Assembly: GCA_910592345.1 (NCBI GenBank)
Contig: CAJVPI010000040.1
Coordinates: forward strand, 52,041 to 72,040
Length of the DNA stretch: 20,000 bases
Reading direction: 5' to 3'
Source: Paraglomus brasilianum
Taxonomy: Eukaryota
Shown here: positions 12,522 through 20,000 of the stretch, in pieces
Layout: each line of letters opens with the position of its first letter
How positions within the stretch are numbered: position 1 is the first letter of the stretch
Notes under the pieces: generated by a model
Told to the model about the DNA's origin: nothing
What the model saw: the letters and a program-made list of their open reading frames with translations, nothing else
Databases searched by the model: none
Position numbers and translations under genes: made by a program

Positions 12522-15059
12522 ATGGCTGCGGACAGTTCATCTTCACGGCAATCTACTGATTCGAAGCAGGAGGAACAGCGTCCAAGATCAGCTCAGGGTT
12601 CTGAAGATGGCGATGTCAAGCGAGAGCCAGAGCAACTAGAGCAGAAGAAACCAGTTCACGAGGAAGGGTAAGCATCCAGTTTGGGTTTTGGTGCTGATTT
12701 TGGAATCTCAGAGAGCCTTCTCGGGACCGCCTTCTTTCGAAGTCGTTTCTTTCAACAGATGCGCGTTGAGTTGTCAAAGCTGGCTTCGAGTACATCGCCT
12801 TATGCTGTAATACCTACACTGGCGTGGCTTAGAATCTATAACTCCAAAGAAGAAATCTAGTTTTCATTATTTGGCAATACTTATTTGCTGGATAATTGTG
12901 AAACGAAAGAAGACACGACTCCTTTAACATTAGTATATTGAGAGAGTGCAAGATAGATAATTTAGGAACAACAACATAGAGCGATATGTTGTCATAGGTT
13001 TTTTTCCTTCTCTGTTAGATAAAGATCAACGCACACTAATAGGATTAATTTTTTTTCTTCCCCTACCCTTCATAATTACTTTGGTATATTCGCTTTTGTA
13101 CCATATCGTTCACGTTTACCGTAGAAAGATGTTCATAGGAGGTCTTAATTGGGAAACTACTGATGGTAAGATTCTTATAATTAGTGTTAGCACCCTTTCG
13201 GCATTAATGTCGATTGTTACTTCTGGTGTCGTGTCTCGCTTTCTTTCAATCTGCCTTAAGCCAATTATCTTTGATGTTGTTTAAGGATGATGCACAAATT
13301 TAAAATATAAATGAACTACATAAGCAGCTCAACGTGGGCAATGTTTGGCAAATGCGACGTTTGTTCGTGTTGGGGTTTGAATTTTTGATCGTGTCCATAA
13401 ACCTCTGCTTTGCTGTCTTGCCATCAATGCCTATGTTGACATACATCAGTAATCGTCGTAATGAAATTACATGCAATTATATGTAGTATGTTCTTACCAT
13501 AATAACTATGATATCATTATTTCCTTCTACAATTTAATAGAAAGCCTTAGAAATTACTTTACAAGTTTCGGTGAAGTTACGGATTGTGTAGTAATGAGAG
13601 ATCCGAATACAGGGAGATCACGAGGGTTTGGCTTTTTAACATTTGTGGATTCGTCCGTAGTCAATACCGTATTGGTTAAAGAGCACCAGTTGGATGGGAA
13701 AATAGTAAGTAGTTAAGTAGTTAGACTAACTTGGCTGTATAATGAGGGAGTCCGACCATGATATAGGCTTGTGACTATGCAAATAGGATCCCTTCGCCTA
13801 TGGATCATACTAATGGCATAGCGATGTTTAGATCACTCTCTTATTTCAGCTAGTTTGGCCATCGGGTCCGTTTTATAGAATTTTAGGTTGACCATCGATA
13901 TCACGTCTCCTCGCTCAATTTATTATGGTTTCCACTCCAATAATAATACTATATAGATTGATCCAAAACGTGCCATACCGAGAGAAGAACAAGAAAAAAC
14001 CGAGAAAATCTTTGTTGGTGGAATAGCCCCGGATGTCAGTGAAGACGAATTCAAAGACTACTTCTCACAGTTCGGCAATGTAATCGACGCGACCTTGATG
14101 GTCGATCGTGATACAGGAAGACCGCGTGGATTTGGGTTTATTACGTTTGACTCATCGGAACCTGTTGAGAAAGCGATGACAAGGAACGATCTTGATCTTA
14201 AGAATAAGCCGGTACGAAGGTGGTTATTGTTTCTATCGGGTTCTCGGCTTTTGTTCGTTAATATAATATTCTGTGTAGATTGAAGTAAAGCGTGCAATGC
14301 CGAAGCACAAGTCGCAACGACAGTCTATGTATAATCAGCAGAACTTTGGTTCATCATCAGCCGTGGCTGCTTCGGCGGCGGCAGCCATGTCTGCAATGCC
14401 GCCTTCGGCATCAGTATCAAGATATGGACAACCATATGGTACTGGAAAAGATGCTAGTCTTGGTTATTCGGGTATGAATTATGCGACGCCTGGTTCATAT
14501 TCTGGTTACGGAGGATATGGCCAATACGCAGGCTACAATTATCCGAGCAATTACGGCGGTGGTTATGGTAACTATAATGCCATCAGTCAATATTATACAA
14601 GGTAACATATTGCTTGCGACTGCACAAATGAGTTTCTATCCTTTATATATCACACGATCTGTTTCAATTAGGTATGCGAATTCGTATGGGCAATATGGTG
14701 GCGGTTATGGAGGTTCTGGAAGTCGAGGCAACAGCTCTTACAACCAATGGTACAGAGGTAACGACAGCGGATATACGTCAGGTGGACCGTCATCGGCTGG
14801 AGGAGGATCTCCCATTGGCGGTCCTTCTTCCGCCAGTCGGATAAGTAGTGGGTATCACCGCTCTCCCAGTAGGGATGAGGGAAGTTATGGTGGCGGTAGG
14901 GATCATCACCATCATCCTGGCTCTCCAGCTTACGGCCGTGGAAGTTCGAGGGGACCCATCCGTTCATACTCAAGCGGTATTCAAAGCAGTGGGGGCGGTC
15001 CTATATACAACAGCCAGCAAGTCCGCGGGACTCATAACTATCATCCATATGCCCGATGA
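12522..15059 (+). CDS. HRP1: Two-RRM hnRNP/Hrp1(Nab4)/Musashi-like RNA-binding protein; exons 12522-12667, 13125-13165, 13541-13704, 13957-14211, 14279-14601, 14672-15059 (438 aa)
   Basis: RRM1 KMFIGGLNWETTDESLRNYF...RSRGFGFLTF; linker IDPKRAIPREEQEKTEKIFVGG; RRM2 RPRGFGFITF...IEVKRA; G/Y/S-rich low-complexity tail; C-terminal PY-NLS-like RGTHNYHPYAR. Five GT-AG introns; spliced length 1317 nt in frame. Confidence 0.9.
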
Positions 15060-16322
15060 GTTGAATAAGGGAGCACAATAGAAAGTAAGGCTGGTACTAC
15101 GAACATTGCATAAGAATTGTAGCATCCCAACAATGTTCGAAATCTCTTAATATTCGTGAATCTAAAAATTATTAGTTATTTTGTTTATTTGACTACTATT
15201 ACTTTGCTTATAAAAGCCATATTAAATCAAATCAATTATAATAATAACAGTAACTATGCAACATTAAAGTTTTAGTCAAAATCATGAATTGAAATGCTAC
15301 ATACTCACATAGACTTGCATGACGCATTTATTTTTATTGACAGTTATCATATCAACTAGAGTCAGAAGTGGTTATAGGGCTAATAAAGATTGTTTGTAAG
15401 CATAACGATCTTTTTTATACCGACTTTTTTCATATGACCCAAGACTTGCGAATCAAAAAACGGCTACTAAACCAACTTATCGTAAATTTCATTTAGGGGC
15501 CCCGCGGAAGTGTTCTCATCCAGTCGTTGATATACAATTTATCGTTCGCATATAGAATGCAATTGACTGTTAAACATTATTTGATGTAGCGTATGCTCTT
15601 GTGATTTTAAAAAGGCATCTTTTTCACCCAAAGTGGATAAGATCGTTGTTCTTACGCCAGTTAAAATAGACGATTATAGGAAGAGTTACTTCCGCTTGCT
15701 TCATTGAACTTATAGTATTGCTTTACCGCCTAAAAACATTAAATCTTTGAAATTTGGAACCATCAATCAGGACATTCTCGTAATCAAGTGGTTGGATGTT
15801 AACAAAAAAAATATTTTGTCATTTTTGTCCGATACACTACTGCCACCTAGTATTTCCTACGGTTGTCTGATAAAGATCGCGCGGATTTACATGGATCCAT
15901 TTTATTTTACGCGAATTTCATTTGCGAAGAAACTGTTTCAATTTTTGACTTAATACAATCATTGTAGTACGCGATTTGTCTTCTTTATTATCATGTATAT
16001 ATCAATACACATTAGCTAAAAATGAGTTTCGATAGTCCGTAACGTATTAAACATTAGTCAAAATCCCTACCCGAAGGATGTAATCTAGTCATATGATCTT
16101 CGGTTTATGTGACTACTCCGCCAATCTGAAGACCCCGTTAAATTGTCTCCACGATTAACGGAGAGCGATTGATAATCGGCACAGCTATTTTTGATGGAGC
16201 GTGGCTTCTCCTAACAATAGTTAAACTACTTAATACAAACAAACTTACCATCTATTATAGCTTTTATTAATGAGATTTCTAAACACAATATTAATGTCCC
16301 ACTCTCACTATGATTTAAAAAG

Positions 16323-16340
16323 TTTTTTTTTTTTTTTTTT

Positions 16341-16407
<67 letters not shown>
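16323..16407. repeat. 85-nt poly(T) tract with a single G at 16341
   Basis: Directly visible homopolymer (T18-G-T66). Confidence 0.95.
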
Positions 16408-16412
<5 letters not shown>

Positions 16413-16852
16413 CTACACGTAGATAATTAGATGACAAATTTCATTGAATCATTGGCGAGTGTGAGACAGTTTAGGTTTGACTTTTTATTTGAGTTTTAAT
16501 ATTTATACAGTGTGTGCGACAAAAAAGCTTAACTATTGCAAACAATAATTAGACTTTGTAATTTCAGCGTCATATTTTACCAGCCAAAAATGTAAATAAA
16601 ATTTGTCTATTATGCATCCTAAATAAATAAAACACGAAAAAACTTGTGCAAACTAAGCTGTCAAAATGTCAGTTACTCTCTTTATTACATTATTGGGATG
16701 AATGTGTCAGAGCTAGCAAGGCCACAGGCTACCACGTTGAAGCAGAGGATTCAGAGAATTCTATTCTAGAGTCCGTTTTAATAATTTCGTAAATTACTTG
16801 CGACGTCATTTTTTTTTTGAGCTACTATACGTATAGTTATATTTTTGTAGTA

Positions 16853-17027
16853 CAAGTGGGTCTCGATATAACGACACGCTCGGTTCCAATCCAAATGGTC
16901 ACTATATCGAGAATGTCCTTATATCGAGAATTAATTTACATACCAATATATAATTTTTGTTCTAAGATTCCTGTCGTTATAACGAGATGTCGTTATATAG
17001 CAGTGTCCTTATATCGAGACTCACTTG
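16853..17027. mobile_element. 175-bp non-autonomous MITE, pogo/Tigger (Tc1/mariner)-like
   Basis: Left end CAAGTGGGTCTCGATATAACGACAC vs reverse complement of the right end CAAGTGAGTCTCGATATAAGGACAC (25 nt, 2 mismatches). TA on the left flank, TG on the right. Internal repeats of the TATATCGAGA/TATAACGAGA motif. Family assignment is from TIR resemblance only. Confidence 0.8.
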
Positions 17028-17144
17028 TGAAAAAGTATTAGACATATAACGAATCAGGAATTCTAAAATAAGGAATGTGCAATGTAACACACGCGTTGAG
17101 AGAACGAGATTTGTTCACACCGAAAATTTTTTATTTTTCAAACT

Positions 17145-19749
17145 ATGTCGTTAGTATTAGCATCAGAGACTGTTAATAATCCAGCAATTGATAACTTAGT
17201 TCAGTCCTGTTATGTAAATGGATGGATTCCTTGGTCGGAAATTACCGACATAGAGTCAAGTCAAATTGACAACGTCTACTGCGCCATTCACAATATTTCT
17301 GGAACTATGATGATATTATTATTGCTTGGAAGCGATAAAACCTGTACGCCAACACTTATACATGAGTTTGCTAGAATATACTCACTTCCAACATACAAGC
17401 ACAATAATAATAGCGACAACTTTAGAAGATACTCTGTATGGCTTAAGGAACGCAACGACCTCATAAAGGGATTCACCAAATACGATAACAAGTATTACAT
17501 GGTTGCCGATAGAAAGTTTTACGATTGTTATTCTCGATATGGCTTCTGCGCTGCATGTGGAATACTCCGATGTAGTCCCGTGTGGTGCATTTGCGGGCAT
17601 AAACAATTATCCGATGGATGGACTAGCAACAATAAGCAACTCGATGACTTTGTTAAGAAATCTCAATTACAAACAAACTCACCAAATGATGTCTATTTGG
17701 AATGGATTCCATTTAATTGTATCGCTGATGAGGGATATGGATATAGATACTTGGATGGTATGCCTACTAGGTGGGTTAAATTGATTCCACTTGAGATAAC
17801 AGATGATGCACATGATTCATATTATGCCGAGGTAAACCATTTACTTATGCGTCATGTTTATTGAATAGTTTAAATAACTATTGACATATTATTATGTATC
17901 TTATCCACTAGTTATGTGACGATCATCCATATATTCTTACCACGGATGCTTGGGATACCATCGGATTCACATATGATGCAAGTAAACGAAAGTATTGTCT
18001 AATAAAGGAATGTTGTGGATATGGATTATGTCTGGCGTGCACAGCGCGATTAGAGCTTAAGATAAATCTATTACTATTATGTCCCGAATGTAAATCCCCA
18101 ATACCTCCTGATTGGACTACGGGCAATAAATCCTTGGATTCATTCATTATGGAGTCGTGGAGTAATGTGATCAATGAATATGATACGTATATACAATGGA
18201 TTGAATACTCTCTATTGACAAACATACAAGAGATGGCATCATTACATCATGGATGCACACACGTAGCAGATTGGAGAACAAATGAATTGACACGCGTGAC
18301 ACTCAAAAAGATAGTTGACAAACAAAACGATCAGTTATTTGATTTTCATCAGGTAAATTATCTCGTGTGTAAAATGCATATAGTATTATAATGTGTGTAT
18401 CGTGTGTTTAACAACTGTATTGGTTTACTCAAATAGCTAACTAAGGAATACCCGGAGATATTAACACCTGAGAATATCTGGATAATTGGGATCACTCAGG
18501 AGCCATCTACTCGGGAATACTATTTAGTGTTCTACCACAACATACGCTCGCTATTGGATAGATTTATACGACTTAACAGAGATGTAAAGTACATACAGTA
18601 TAGCGACTTTTATGAATTCAAAGAGATTGGATCTGGTGGTTATGGAATAGTTTATACTGCCAGATATAGAAAATATTTAGAAGAGAGTATACCACAAACT
18701 GTTGTACTCAAATGGTTTAAGAATTTTGATGAAACACCAGAATTATTTATTTCTGAGGTAAGCAATTGTTGATGTTATTAATTAAAGTGATATTTAATTT
18801 GACACTGTATTTAATAGTTCAGAAATCATGCCAAGTGTGCAAATGGTTCTTCATTCCTTAAAATTTATGGAGTGACACAAGACCCAGGAACAAAAGAGTA
18901 TGTTATTGTTATGGAATATGCTAAAAATGGTAGTCTTTTGTCTTATTTGGATCAAAATATTAACAAATTGACATGGAGGGATAAATTACTGCATTTGAGT
19001 GATATTGCAAATTATCTGAATAATATCCATCACATGGGATTAGTGCATTGTGATCTTCATAGTGGAAACATAGTTTTGCATAAAGAGATGGATTTGTTAA
19101 TATGCGATCTTGGTCTTTCTCAATTGGTGAATTCACGTCAACAAAATTCAACCATTCAAGGTGTTTTACCTCACCTTAGCTGTGCTTAATAAAGGACACA
19201 CAAAATCAAGGTGTTTTACCTTTTATTGCACCAGAAGTCTTACATACTTGCAAATTTACTCAAAAATCTGATGTGTATTCTTTTGGTATCATTATGTATT
19301 TGATTGCTACTGGTGAACCACCTTTTAGAGATAGGCAGTTCAATAGAGATTTAGTATGCAATATTATGGGCGGACTACGACCATTGATGCCCGATTCCGC
19401 ACCAGAGGAATACAAGAAACTTGCTGAGCGGTGTTGTGATGCTGATCCTGATAAGCGTCCAGATGCACAGGGACTTTATGTTGATATTAGAGAGCTTATT
19501 GACGAGGACAATTCTGACATATGGAATGCCGTTTATTATAATGATGTAAAACCCTTATCACGTCTCGAAAAGGAAAGTAAATACTCTAGTAAGCGCCTAC
19601 CTATTGGAGATTTGCCTAAACCAAGAAATAGCTATGATTTGGATTCAGCTGCAGGTATGAAGACAACAATTGGTTATTAATGAAGTCAATCTATAATATT
19701 AACATCGACCACTGCGTATGATTTAGTGACTCAACCACTCTTTGAATAA
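17145..19749 (+). CDS. Tyrosine-kinase-like protein kinase of the type expanded in Glomeromycotina; exons 17145-17831, 17912-18352, 18437-18757, 18818-19160, 19211-19654, 19727-19749 (~752 aa if the 50-nt insertion is spliced, otherwise a pseudogene; last exon uncertain, unspliced stop at 19680)
   Basis: Kinase motifs IGSGGYG, VVLK, IYGVTQDP, VMEYA..GSL, HCDLHSGN, ICDLGLS, GVLPFIAPE, KSDVYSFG, CCDADPDKRP. N-terminal WTS/TxNxxLDxF...EWIP-type modules with Cys clusters. GT-AG introns of 80, 84, 60 and 72 nt keep frame. Confidence 0.85.
19156..19221 (+). other. 34-nt insert (19172-19205) flanked by a perfect 16-bp direct repeat TCAAGGTGTTTTACCT inside the kinase activation segment
   Basis: Copies at 19156-19171 and 19206-19221. 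Net +50 nt introduces a stop (19187-19189) and shifts the frame between GVLP and FIAPE. Confidence 0.93.
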
Positions 19750-20000
19750 ACTTGTAATTCACGGGTTATTTACAGTTTTATTCAAGGTTTACGCCTCTTC
19801 CAATTAAATTAAGGGTGTCCTTAACTTACACCCCGGGTGTACGATAAAAGATACATCCGGGGGCGTACGATTATTTGCGTACACCCCCCCCACGTACGGT
19901 TAATGTGATATTGAAGACTAATATCCAGGTCAACGGTATATTATATTTCACTAGTTAGAGCATCATATAGTTAAATCAGGGAGATAAAGTTTTGGCTTAC

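Noticed and set aside
8835..19726. U12-type introns or an intronic TPP riboswitch
   Set aside because: No inferred intron begins with RTATCCTT, and no TPP aptamer core was seen.

Overview
AT-rich eukaryotic (fungal) genomic DNA with short GT-AG introns. The Sel1-repeat and tyrosine-kinase-like gene types suggest Glomeromycotina/Mucoromycota (inference). From left to right: the 5' part of an unknown minus-strand ORF running off the window edge; an intronless nuclear gene for mitochondrial ribosomal protein uL2m (RML2); a 13-repeat Sel1 protein gene with one 1-bp frameshift and mosaic, near-identical repeats; a 3-exon S-adenosylmethionine decarboxylase gene (SPE2, minus strand); a divergent 6-exon two-RRM Hrp1/hnRNP-like gene with long, structured introns; an 85-nt poly(T) tract; a 175-bp pogo/Tigger-like MITE; and a multi-exon TKL-type kinase. 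The most striking observation is in the kinase activation segment. A 50-bp insertion bounded by a 16-bp direct repeat duplicates an AG|GT site, so the insertion is itself a GT...AG segment whose removal restores the protein exactly. It is either a candidate newborn intron or a disabling insertion.
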